Below, in pieces: positions 48,720 through 57,695 of a stretch of DNA of 64,000 nucleotides. The position numbers were made by a program, and so were the translations under genes. Source of the stretch: Spirochaetia bacterium (GTDB taxonomy: Bacteria > Spirochaetota > Spirochaetia > CADAEX01); the NCBI GenBank assembly GCA_045606105.1, contig JAZURI010000003.1:167124-231123 (forward strand). Direction: 5' to 3'. Position 1 is the first letter of the stretch; each line of letters starts with the position of its first letter. A model generated the notes under the pieces. The model searched no databases, was not told where the DNA came from, and saw only the letters and a program-made list of their open reading frames with translations.

Positions 48720-49904
48720 ATGCTGATATTAAACAAGAAAAACGTAAAAGATAAATTGCTTCAGAGTGGAGCGGTGATTTTTTCACCGGAGATCAGACTT
48801 GACTCTTCCGTGCTTGTAAAGGATTTCGAAACAAGAAAGTTCTTTAAGGAAGCTCTCATAGATCTGATGTACAACAATGTATTGCAGCCTGATGTTCTCA
48901 TAGGATTTGATAATTCCGGCATTATTTTTTCTGCAATGATTGCCTGTGAATGTGCAATGCCTATGGTTTACGTCCGTTCGGCAGCCAAGGACCATGGTAA
49001 GAAGAACCGTGTAGAGGGTAAGGTGGAGCAGGGAGCCAGAGGTCTGGTTTTCATAGATGCCATCTACAGCCAGGAGGAAATTGATTTTCTTGAAGAATCC
49101 GTAGCAGAGACAGGATGTAAGATTCTCGGATTCCTTACTATATATTCTGCAGTTGAAAGCAACAGAATATTCTCATTATCCAACTATTCATCCCTTTACA
49201 GACGTGCGGTTCATAAGGGATATATAAGCAAGGGCGCTCCCGGAGATACCGGTACATCAAGAAGTGAAGAGATTGACAGCTTCATTGCGGCCAATGCTGC
49301 GGAAACACTGCTGGAGATCAAGGCAGTTGCCCTTTCCCCTGAAAAACCGTTCAGATATGCATCGGGAATCCTCAGTCCTATCTACTGTGACAACCGTCTT
49401 CTTATTTCATATTATGACAACTGGATGACAATAGTGGGATATATGGCCCATATCATAAAGAAAAGAATCGGTGTTGATTCCTTTGACTATGTGGGAGGTA
49501 CTGCTACTGCAGGTATTCCTCACGGGGTTCTTCTGGCCGATATTCTTGAAAAGCCTTTTATCTGGGTAAAGAACCAGATATCATCTTCAATCCCCCAGGG
49601 GGCAAGGGTTCTCATTGTGGAGGATCTTATCAGTACAGGCAAGAGCAGTACCGATGCGGTGGATGTCATCAGGGAGGCAGGAGGTCAGGTTACCGACTGT
49701 ATTTCCATCTTTACTTACGAGATGAAGAAGGGGTACGAGCTTTTCAGACAGAAGGGCTGCCGCTACCATGCTGTTTCCAACTTCTCGGTTCTTGCCAAGG
49801 TTGCAGCTGATAAAAATTATATCAATCCGGAAGACATAAAGAAGATTCTGGAATGGAACAGTGATCCTGAAGGATGGGGTAAGAAATATGGTTTCGAGGA
49901 CTAA
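48720..49904 (+). CDS. pyrE: Orotate phosphoribosyltransferase, tandem two-domain form
   Basis: C-half has YASGILSPIYCDNR, GTATAGIPH and VEDLISTGKS; N-half has YVRSAAKDHGKKNRVEG. Directly upstream of pyrF. Alternative start 48702. Confidence 0.9.
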   Translation: MLILNKKNVKDKLLQSGAVIFSPEIRLDSSVLVKDFETRKFFKEALIDLMYNNVLQPDVLIGFDNSGIIFSAMIACECAMPMVYVRSAAKDHGKKNRVEGKVEQGARGLVFIDAIYSQEEIDFLEESVAETGCKILGFLTIYSAVESNRIFSLSNYSSLYRRAVHKGYISKGAPGDTGTSRSEEIDSFIAANAAETLLEIKAVALSPEKPFRYASGILSPIYCDNRLLISYYDNWMTIVGYMAHIIKKRIGVDSFDYVGGTATAGIPHGVLLADILEKPFIWVKNQISSSIPQGARVLIVEDLISTGKSSTDAVDVIREAGGQVTDCISIFTYEMKKGYELFRQKGCRYHAVSNFSVLAKVAADKNYINPEDIKKILEWNSDPEGWGKKYGFED

Positions 49905-50844
49905 TTTTGCTGACAGGCTCATTGCCGCAATCGAACAGAAGAAAAATCCTTCCGTTGTAGGGCTGGATACCTCTTTTTCCAAGCTGCCGGAATGTATTAA
50001 GAAGAATTTTCTCGGCTCCTACGATCTGGCTTTCGAGTCAGCGGCTCAGGCTGTGTATGAGTTCAACAAGAAGATAATCGATGCTATCCACGATGTGGTT
50101 CCGTGCGTGAAGATTCAGGCTGCCTACTATGAAGAGCTGGGCGGTTTCGGAATGGAGGTTTTTAAGAAGACCTCGGATTATGCCAAGATCAGGGGACTCC
50201 TGGTCATAGCCGATGCCAAGAGAAACGATATCGGAACAACCTGCAAGGCCTACTCCTCCGCTTTTCTCGGAGAGGTTGAAATTTTCGGAACCAGAAGAAA
50301 GGCCTTTGATACCGATGCACTTACAGTGAACGGTTATTTCGGATACGAGGGAATAGAGCCTTTTATCAAGGACTGTGAAACCTACGGAAAGGGAATCTTC
50401 GTTCTTGTAAAGACCTCAAACAAGGGATCCGAGGAGTTCCAGTGCGTTAATACAAAGGAATACGGAAAGAATTACCAGCTTATGGGTTCTCTGGTAAAGG
50501 AATGGGGCAGTTCCCTGATCGGTGAGTACGGATATTCCTCCGTAGGTGCCGTAGTAGGGGCAACATTTCCTCATGAAGCAGAGATTCTCCGCATAAGCAT
50601 GCCTAATACAATATTCCTGGTACCGGGCTACGGCGCCCAGGGCGGTACTGCAGATGATGCTGTTCCTTGCTTCAACAAGGATGGTCTCGGAGCTCTCATC
50701 AATTCCTCCAGAAAGATAATCTATGCCTTCAACGGTAAGAACGATGAAGAAAACTTTGCCGAATACGCAAGGGAGGCTGCCATCGAGATGAAGGAAGATA
50801 TCAGGAAATCCCTCAAGAAGGAAAAACTGTACAGATGGGATTAA
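49888..50844 (+). CDS. pyrF: Orotidine-5'-phosphate decarboxylase (subfamily 2)
   Basis: VVGLD, DAKRNDIG.T, LVKTSN, GAVVGAT, LVPGYGAQGG, NSSR. Confidence 0.96.
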   Translation: MVSRTNFADRLIAAIEQKKNPSVVGLDTSFSKLPECIKKNFLGSYDLAFESAAQAVYEFNKKIIDAIHDVVPCVKIQAAYYEELGGFGMEVFKKTSDYAKIRGLLVIADAKRNDIGTTCKAYSSAFLGEVEIFGTRRKAFDTDALTVNGYFGYEGIEPFIKDCETYGKGIFVLVKTSNKGSEEFQCVNTKEYGKNYQLMGSLVKEWGSSLIGEYGYSSVGAVVGATFPHEAEILRISMPNTIFLVPGYGAQGGTADDAVPCFNKDGLGALINSSRKIIYAFNGKNDEENFAEYAREAAIEMKEDIRKSLKKEKLYRWD

Positions 50845-51710
50845 GAAGAACCATACCCGAAGTTGCTGCAATCCATGACCTTTCCGGCTACGGAAGGTCA
50901 GCCCTTACGATAGTTATTCCCGTTCTCTCCTCCATGGGTGTACAGGTGTGTCCGCTCCCTACGGCAGTGCTTTCATCCCAGACCGACGGGTTCGATAACT
51001 ATGCTATGCTGGACCTTACCGATTTCATGCCTGAGGTTTCTGAGCACTGGGAGCTGATGGACCTGCAGTTTGATGCGGTATACAGCGGATTTCTCGGTTC
51101 TGCGGAGCAGATTTCCTTTGTTTCTCATTTTATCAAGAAATTCAGAAGGAAAAATCAGATAATACTTGTGGATCCTGTTCTCGGAGACAACGGCCTTCCT
51201 TACGGGCCAATAAACGGAAATCATATAAAGGGGATGAGAAAGCTTATCAGCAGTGCCGATATCATTACCCCAAACGTGACAGAAGCCTCCATGCTCCTTC
51301 ACAGGCAGATAAAGAAATGCTTTTCCGGAAGCGAAATGAGGGAGTGGCTTTCTTCCCTTGCCGCCAGCGGACCTGATGTGGTCATGATAACATCGGTTCC
51401 ATTTGAAAGCGAAAACAACTATGCCGTATGTGTCTACGACAAGAAAGGGGACAGATACATGAAGTTCGGTATCGATCTGGTGGCCGGAAGCTATCCGGGA
51501 ACAGGAGATACCTTTGCCAGTGTGGTTCTGGGGGGACTTCTCAGGGGACAGAGCCTTGAGGTTTCCATTTCCCATGCCATTCATTTCCTCCATGACGTGA
51601 TTCTCTTCACCAACCAGGCAGGAACACCTAACAGAAACGGACTTCTCCTGGAAGGAAAGCTCTGTGAGCTCAGCAGAAAATTTGACAACTGCAGCTATGA
51701 ATCGTTTTAA
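50835..51710 (+). CDS. Pyridoxal/pyridoxamine kinase
   Basis: HDLSGYGR, LPTAVLS, YSGFLG, DPVLGDNG, TPN.TEA, GTGDTFAS. Confidence 0.9.
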   Translation: MGLRRTIPEVAAIHDLSGYGRSALTIVIPVLSSMGVQVCPLPTAVLSSQTDGFDNYAMLDLTDFMPEVSEHWELMDLQFDAVYSGFLGSAEQISFVSHFIKKFRRKNQIILVDPVLGDNGLPYGPINGNHIKGMRKLISSADIITPNVTEASMLLHRQIKKCFSGSEMREWLSSLAASGPDVVMITSVPFESENNYAVCVYDKKGDRYMKFGIDLVAGSYPGTGDTFASVVLGGLLRGQSLEVSISHAIHFLHDVILFTNQAGTPNRNGLLLEGKLCELSRKFDNCSYESF

Positions 51711-52524
51711 ATATATTGCAGCCACCGATGTTGACGGAACTCTCTTCCGGGACAACAGGACTGTATCAGAGGCTGATATTGCCACTCTCCGTCGGCTGGG
51801 AGAGCTGGGTATATGCCGTGTGGTGGCTACAGGACGGAATTACTGGTCATTTCTCAGGGTTGCGGGAGAGGATTTTCCCGTGGATTACTTTATCTTTTCC
51901 TGCGGGGCGGGAATCATGGACTGGAAAACCAAGAAGGTCATATTCAGCTCCTGTATCGGTTCCTCCGGTACGGAAAGAATCAAGAAATACCTTTTTTCCG
52001 TAGGGGCCGATTTCTGTGTCTGTTCACCCCTTCCCGACAATCATTATTTTTATCCTTACCGTTCAGGCCGGACAAATCCCGATTTTGAATCCAGGTGCGG
52101 AAAATATGCCTCTTTCATGAAGGAATACGATGATATATCGGAATCTCCCCAGTTCATTGCCGTATTTCCTGAGGGCAGGCATGAGGAGATACTTGCCGAT
52201 GCGGAAAGGAATATCGGTGAATTCAGCATAGTAAGAAGCACTTCTCCCATGGACGGGAAAAGCCTATGGATGGAAATCTATGCGGAAGGAATCTCCAAGG
52301 CAGCAGGACTCAGCCGTCTTTCAGAGCTTCTGGGCACGGAACGGAATAACGTGATGGCTGTAGGGAATGACTACAACGATGCCGACATGCTGGAATGGGC
52401 CGGAAAGGGATATATCACTGCCAACAGTCCTCAGGTTCTGAAGGAAAAGTTCTTCAATGTTCCGTCAAACAACGAAAGCGGTTTCTCCGCAGCTGTAAAC
52501 CATTGGCTGGCAAATCTCCTTTGA
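51697..52524 (+). CDS. HAD-superfamily (Cof-like) hydrolase
   Basis: DVDGTL, ATGR, SK, GNDYNDADML. Confidence 0.92.
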   Translation: MNRFKYIAATDVDGTLFRDNRTVSEADIATLRRLGELGICRVVATGRNYWSFLRVAGEDFPVDYFIFSCGAGIMDWKTKKVIFSSCIGSSGTERIKKYLFSVGADFCVCSPLPDNHYFYPYRSGRTNPDFESRCGKYASFMKEYDDISESPQFIAVFPEGRHEEILADAERNIGEFSIVRSTSPMDGKSLWMEIYAEGISKAAGLSRLSELLGTERNNVMAVGNDYNDADMLEWAGKGYITANSPQVLKEKFFNVPSNNESGFSAAVNHWLANLL

Positions 52525-52543
52525 TACTCTGATAACTTGAAAA

Positions 52544-52702
52544 TTTCATTTATCTGCTGTCCTGCTCCTCCCGGCGGTATTCGGTGTAAACGGTATCTGG
52601 TGTTCTGTGGTGGTGGCGGAATCCATGGCCGCCCTTGTTGGAATCATTTTCATGGCCGGGTACAGGAAGAGATATCTTTACGGCTGCAGTTCCCCGGCCT
52701 GA
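52544..52702 (+). pseudogene. C-terminal remnant of a MATE efflux transporter
   Basis: Frame reads FHLSAVLLLPAVFGVNGIWCSVVVAESMAALVGIIFMAGYRKRYLY..., with an in-frame TGA at 52538 upstream and no RBS or start for the rest of the gene. Confidence 0.7.
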
Positions 52703-52707
52703 AAAAA

Positions 52708-53238
52708 TCACTCCCTGATGTTTATCTGGCACATCTTCATTGTTTCCAGGGCCATCCTGTGGGATTCCGGTGTTACTCCGGCACAGCAGGAAGGGTCTAC
52801 ATATATTTCGGCCCTGTCGTAGAAATATGCCTTTGCCATTATGGCATTGGAAACAACGCATATGTCGGTGCAGAGTCCGGTAAATTCGATTTCATCTCCC
52901 GGTTTTATTCTCTTTTTCAATTCCTCGATAAGATCAAAGGAGCCGAAGGTAGGTTTTTCTATTACAACAGGGGCTGTCCTGAATGCTTCCGTAAGGGAAG
53001 GGGGGAATTCCCATCCGTGGGTCCCTTTAATACAGTGCTTTACCGGAAGCTTCTTTCCTTCGGGTGTGTCCATGTAATCCTCCGAATGGGTATCTGCCGT
53101 CATAATGAAGAGGGTGCTTTCAGGTTCCTTCTTTATTTTTTCAATAAGTACGGGAAGCATAGCCTGTGCTTCGGCAGTGCCCAGGGAGCCGTCAATGAAG
53201 TCATTCTGCATATCTACTATAACCAGAATTTTTGCCAT
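52708..53238 (-). CDS. Isochorismatase family cysteine hydrolase (nicotinamidase-like)
   Basis: VDMQNDFIDG, DTH, HCIKGTHGW, EKPTF, GLCTDICV; RBS AGGAGG. Confidence 0.92.
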   Translation of the reverse strand: MAKILVIVDMQNDFIDGSLGTAEAQAMLPVLIEKIKKEPESTLFIMTADTHSEDYMDTPEGKKLPVKHCIKGTHGWEFPPSLTEAFRTAPVVIEKPTFGSFDLIEELKKRIKPGDEIEFTGLCTDICVVSNAIMAKAYFYDRAEIYVDPSCCAGVTPESHRMALETMKMCQINIRE

Positions 53239-53349
53239 TTTTATACTCCTCCTTGCGATAATTTGATTATAACACATTGTCCGGTCGGATTAAATACCGT
53301 AATTCATTGTCTTGACTATAATTTTTATAAATGATATTCTCTTTTCAGA

Positions 53350-53394
53350 CCTCTTTATTCTGTCGCATGACAGGATCAGAAGCCCACAAGGAGG
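53350..53394 (+). promoter_or_regulatory. Candidate S6:S18-type ribosomal protein leader
   Basis: CCUCUUU can pair with the SD AAGGAGG around an 8-bp inner hairpin, AUUCUGUC-gcau-GACAGGAU. Confidence 0.5.
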
Positions 53395-53398
53395 AACA

Positions 53399-53680
53399 AT
53401 GAGAAAGTATGAGGTTACTTTCATTTTCCAGCCGGAAAATGAAAAATTTGAGCAGGGAAAGGCATTCGTAAAGGATGTTCTCGCCAAGACATCTGCAAAT
53501 TTTCTTGAGGAAAAGGACGTAGGTGAAAAAATCCTTGCTTATGAAATCAAAAAACAGACAAAAGGACACTACTACTATTTCGTACTCGAAATGAATCCTG
53601 CAGTGCTGGATGCAGTAGAAAAAGAAATCCGTCTGAATTCTGATGTACTCAAATTCTTGTTTGTCAAGCTTGATAAATAA
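53399..53680 (+). CDS. rpsF: 30S ribosomal protein S6
   Basis: MRKYEVTFIF, LAYEIKK..GHY; first gene of rpsF-ssb-rpsR. Confidence 0.95.
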   Translation: MRKYEVTFIFQPENEKFEQGKAFVKDVLAKTSANFLEEKDVGEKILAYEIKKQTKGHYYYFVLEMNPAVLDAVEKEIRLNSDVLKFLFVKLDK

Positions 53681-53695
53681 TAAGGATTTGTTTGT

Positions 53696-54142
53696 ATGAC
53701 AGATATTAACCGGGTTTTTCTTGTAGGAAGACTTACCCGCGATGCTGAACTTAAGTTCACAAACAGCGGTACACCGGTGACACGCTTCTCTGTAGCAGTA
53801 AACAGAAGCCGCAAGAACGGCGATAAGTGGGAAGATGAGGTTAGCTACATTGACGTTGTACTCTGGGGTAAGATGGGAGAGTCTTTGAACAGGTACCTGC
53901 AGAAAGGGAAGCAGGTGGCATTGGACGGAGAGCTCAGGCAGAGCAGATGGGAACAGGACGGACAGACCAGGAGCAAAATCGAGGTTGTGGCCGGAAATGT
54001 TCAGCTCCTTAACGGAGGCAATGCCGGCAGCGGAAACGGAAATTATTCCGAATCTTTCCAGGGCGGTTATGAGAAAAAGCAGGCTGATAATGCACGCGAT
54101 TACACCCCGGAGCATTTTAACGACGACGGAATTCCGTTTTAA
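53696..54142 (+). CDS. ssb: Single-stranded DNA-binding protein
   Basis: NRVFLVGRLTRDAEL, KGKQV; C-terminal DDGIPF. Confidence 0.98.
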   Translation: MTDINRVFLVGRLTRDAELKFTNSGTPVTRFSVAVNRSRKNGDKWEDEVSYIDVVLWGKMGESLNRYLQKGKQVALDGELRQSRWEQDGQTRSKIEVVAGNVQLLNGGNAGSGNGNYSESFQGGYEKKQADNARDYTPEHFNDDGIPF

Positions 54143-54166
54143 TTTTGTTTGTAAAGGAGATTTTAA

Positions 54167-54457
54167 ATGGTAGACAATAAAGATGAAGATGTTAGAGACA
54201 TGATGCCAGAAGATGACGACAAGTCAGAATTCGGCAAAAGAGCCAAGGTTGTGTTCAAGAAGAAAGTATGTAAGTTCTGTGCACAGAACCTTCAGATCGA
54301 TTACAAGAATCCTGATTCTCTCAGAAGATTCGTAACTGAAAGAGGAAAAATCCTTCCAAGAAGAATCACAGGAACATGTGCAAAGCACCAGAGAGCTCTT
54401 ACAAGAGAAGTTAAGAGATGCAGAGTTCTTGCACTTCTTCCTTTTGTGAAAAAATAA
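54167..54457 (+). CDS. rpsR: 30S ribosomal protein S18 (Cys-containing form)
   Basis: [29 protein letters not shown]. Confidence 0.98.
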   Translation: MVDNKDEDVRDMMPEDDDKSEFGKRAKVVFKKKVCKFCAQNLQIDYKNPDSLRRFVTERGKILPRRITGTCAKHQRALTREVKRCRVLALLPFVKK

Positions 54458-54467
54458 GAGGAAATAA

Positions 54468-55424
54468 ATGTTCAGGATAGACAAAAAAGATTTCATCGGT
54501 GCTGTACTTGCTTCGGCAGTTTCTTTTTTTGCCTATCAGACAGGAGTGTTTTTTTTCCTGTTCATGATTCCTCTCCAGCTTCTTGTTTTCAAGAGCGGTA
54601 TCAGGGTCGCAAAGCTTGCGATGCTGGGAGTAGGAGTTGCCCTTGTTTATCTGGGTATAAAGAATACTGCAGGTGTTACGGAGCCTGAACTCAAGAAAGT
54701 TCTTCTCCTTATGGAATTTGCAGTACCATGTCTGCTTATGGGCGGATTTCTGATGATGAACAATACAAGCGGCGGAAGGGCCAATGTATTGAGAAACATC
54801 TTCGTTGCCACTGTGTTTACGGCCGGATTCAGTGTCCTGCTGTTTCACCTGATCGGAAACGAGGCTGTGGAAAATCATTTCAGGGCAAACTTTTCCGTCA
54901 TGCTGAGCTCACTTAAGTCAGCAATGGAAACCAGCGGCAGCTATGAGCTTGTTCCTTTGATGAACATGGATGCGGATGCCATGCTTGAAATGGTCTCCAC
55001 AATTTTTTTCAGAGGCTTTCTGTTTGCCTATTTCTGTATACTGTTTGTAACCTATTCCTTTGCACTGTCAATCGAAAAGCTTACAAGACATGAATGCAGC
55101 ATAATAACAGTTGCGGTTCCCGACTATTTTGTCTGGGTGCTTGCCGGTGCGCTGGGTACGGTCCTGCTGGATTCCAGGGTTTCGGTAGGTGTTGCAGGAT
55201 ATGTAGGCTGGAACGTATTTCTGATAATCATGTTCCTTTACGGTTTAAGGGGGCTTGGTATTATCAGGCAGATTTTTGAAACACGCAGGGTACCGCCTTT
55301 TTTAAGGTTCATACTTATCTTTATCTTTGTAAGTATGATCATGAGTCCCATGGGAAAGATCCTGCTGGTTGCCATTCCATGTATTGGAATTGCGGAAGTC
55401 TGGTTTAAATATAAACGAACTTGA
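54468..55424 (+). CDS. DUF2232/YybS-like membrane protein
   Basis: Multiple TM segments; conserved position between rpsR and rplI. Confidence 0.75.
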   Translation: MFRIDKKDFIGAVLASAVSFFAYQTGVFFFLFMIPLQLLVFKSGIRVAKLAMLGVGVALVYLGIKNTAGVTEPELKKVLLLMEFAVPCLLMGGFLMMNNTSGGRANVLRNIFVATVFTAGFSVLLFHLIGNEAVENHFRANFSVMLSSLKSAMETSGSYELVPLMNMDADAMLEMVSTIFFRGFLFAYFCILFVTYSFALSIEKLTRHECSIITVAVPDYFVWVLAGALGTVLLDSRVSVGVAGYVGWNVFLIIMFLYGLRGLGIIRQIFETRRVPPFLRFILIFIFVSMIMSPMGKILLVAIPCIGIAEVWFKYKRT

Positions 55425-55436
55425 AGGAGTTTTCAT

Positions 55437-55898
55437 ATGTCAATGAAAGTTATTCTTAATCAGGATGTAGTAAATCTTGGAGAAGAAGGGGATATCTGTA
55501 CAGTTGCTGACGGATACGGAAGAAACTATCTTATTCCCCAGAAATTGGCTGTTCCGTACACAAGACAATACATAGCTATTTTCGAGCAGAGAAAAGAACA
55601 GATCGAGAAAAGAAAGGAAGAGAAGAGACAGGCTGCTCTTTCTCTTAAGGAAAAGATCGAAGCTCTCGAAAGCATTGAAATCAAGATGCCTGCAGGAGAG
55701 GGAGACAAGCTTTTCGGTTCTGTTACAAACGCAATGATTGCTGATACACTTCTCAGCGCAGGTGTTGAAGTTGAACGCAAGAAAATCGAACTTATGGGTC
55801 AGGTTATCAAGCTTCTCGGTACATACAACATCAAGGTAAAGCTTTACAATAACGAAGCTGCATCTCTCAAGGTAGTTGTTTCCAGAGAGGAAAAATAA
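55437..55898 (+). CDS. rplI: 50S ribosomal protein L9
   Basis: MKVIL..DV.NLG..GD..VADGYGRNYLIP, KLFGSVT. Confidence 0.98.
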   Translation: MSMKVILNQDVVNLGEEGDICTVADGYGRNYLIPQKLAVPYTRQYIAIFEQRKEQIEKRKEEKRQAALSLKEKIEALESIEIKMPAGEGDKLFGSVTNAMIADTLLSAGVEVERKKIELMGQVIKLLGTYNIKVKLYNNEAASLKVVVSREEK

Positions 55899-55899
55899 T

Positions 55900-57252
55900 A
55901 TGACTGAGTCCGGACTGAGAGGAAAGGTGCCTCCTAACAGCATAGAGGCAGAAAAAGCCACCCTTGGTGCTATCCTCATGAGTTCTTCGGCTCTGGATAC
56001 CGTTACCAGATACCTCGGTCCGGATGACTTTTACAAGAACGCCAACAAGAAAATCTACAAGGCGATGCAGAATCTTTCTGCAAAAAGCGAAAATGTGGAT
56101 ACCCTTACCGTAATCCATGAGCTTACCGGACTGGGTGAGCTGGATGCAGCAGGGGGAGCCGCATATATTACTTCCCTTACTTCAGAAGTTCCCACAAGTG
56201 CAAATGTGGAGTACTACGCCAAGGTGGTACAGCAGTACAGCATTCGCAGGGGACTTATCGAGACCTCGGGAGAGATCGCGGCAGGTGCCATGGACGATAC
56301 CATGGAGACAGGTGCCGTAATCGAGCAGGCCGAGAAAAAAATATTCGATATAACATCCAGGCAGAAAATCGGTGAATACAAGTCAGCGGCAGATATTCTC
56401 AGGGTTTCCATGGGGCGTATCCAGGAAAGGATGAGAGCCAAGTCTGACTGTTCCGGTATTTCCAGCGGTTATTCCGAGATAGATTCCCTTACCAGCGGTT
56501 TCCAGGAGTCGGAGCTTATCATCATCGGTGCCAGACCTTCCGTGGGAAAGACAGCCCTTGCCATCTCCATGGCTGCAAACATGGCCAAGAGAAACAATGT
56601 CAGGGTAGGCTTCTTTTCATTGGAAATGGACAGCGATGCCATAATGCAGAGATTCCTTTCCGGCGAATCCAGGGTAAACAGCAAACGCATCAGAAACGGT
56701 TTTCTCTCCCTTAACGAAGGGAACAAGCTTGTTTCCGCAGCAGGGGAGCTCTACAAGATTCCTCTCTACATTGCCGATACTCCGGGAATGCGTCTTCTGG
56801 ATCTGAGGACAGAGGCCCGCAAGATGAAGCTGAAGGAGGATATCCAGATTATCTTCATCGACTACATCGGTCTCATCACTTCTGAAAACAAGGATATTCC
56901 CCGCCATGAGCAGGTAGCCGAGATTTCCAGATCCCTGAAGCAGCTGGCCAGGGAGCTAAAGATTCCTATTGTTGTTCTCTGTCAGGTAAAGAGAGAGGTA
57001 AGGAACGATAAGCCCACCCTTTCAGACCTTCGTGAATCAGGTTCCATCGAGCAGGATGCCGACCTTGTAATGTTCCTTCACAGGGCAAACAAGAAGGAGG
57101 ACCGGGACGGAGATGAAACACCGGATGTATCAGCCGGCCAGGAAATCGACCTTATCGTGGCAAAGAACAGAAACGGTCCCATAGGGGATGTCAAGCTCAT
57201 GTTCCTTCCGGCATATACCCGTTTTGAATCCATGAGCAGGGATAAGGAATAA
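55900..57252 (+). CDS. dnaB: Replicative DNA helicase
   Basis: PPNSIEAE, GARPSVGKT, FSLEM, IDYIGL, SDLRESGSIEQDAD, KNRNGP; no intein. Confidence 0.98.
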   Translation: MTESGLRGKVPPNSIEAEKATLGAILMSSSALDTVTRYLGPDDFYKNANKKIYKAMQNLSAKSENVDTLTVIHELTGLGELDAAGGAAYITSLTSEVPTSANVEYYAKVVQQYSIRRGLIETSGEIAAGAMDDTMETGAVIEQAEKKIFDITSRQKIGEYKSAADILRVSMGRIQERMRAKSDCSGISSGYSEIDSLTSGFQESELIIIGARPSVGKTALAISMAANMAKRNNVRVGFFSLEMDSDAIMQRFLSGESRVNSKRIRNGFLSLNEGNKLVSAAGELYKIPLYIADTPGMRLLDLRTEARKMKLKEDIQIIFIDYIGLITSENKDIPRHEQVAEISRSLKQLARELKIPIVVLCQVKREVRNDKPTLSDLRESGSIEQDADLVMFLHRANKKEDRDGDETPDVSAGQEIDLIVAKNRNGPIGDVKLMFLPAYTRFESMSRDKE

Positions 57253-57695
57253 TGGAAAAACTTGTTATCTATACCGACGGAGGCTGTTCGGGAAATCCGG
57301 GTCCCGGAGGCTGGGCCTTTGTCATTCTTGACGGAAAGAGGGAAATTGCCTTTTCCGGTTCAGACAGATATACCACAAACAACAAGATGGAGCTTACTGC
57401 GGTAATCAGTGCCCTGAAGTATGTCATTCTCAATTTTCCCGATGCCGAGGCAGCGGTGTATACCGATTCGGAATATGTGAAGAACGGCATCACCCAGTGG
57501 ATAAAGAAATGGCTCATAAACGGCTGGAGAACCGCCGACAGGAAGCCTGTAAAGAATATGGAGCTCTGGCAGCAGCTTTATGACTGCAGCAATGCTGTCA
57601 ATCCCTCATGGCACTGGGTCAAGGGTCACGCGGGAAACAAATACAACGAGCTCTGCGATTCAATGGTCAGAAAGGAGATGGAAGGGATTTCCTGA
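57252..57695 (+). CDS. rnhA: Ribonuclease HI
   Basis: YTDGGCSGNPGPGG, TTNNKMEL, TDS, WVKGHAG..NELCD. Confidence 0.97.
   Translation: MEKLVIYTDGGCSGNPGPGGWAFVILDGKREIAFSGSDRYTTNNKMELTAVISALKYVILNFPDAEAAVYTDSEYVKNGITQWIKKWLINGWRTADRKPVKNMELWQQLYDCSNAVNPSWHWVKGHAGNKYNELCDSMVRKEMEGIS

Noticed and set aside
52550-52861. 103-aa minus-strand ORF
   Set aside because: It overlaps the cysteine hydrolase out of frame, and the region is better explained by the plus-strand MATE remnant.
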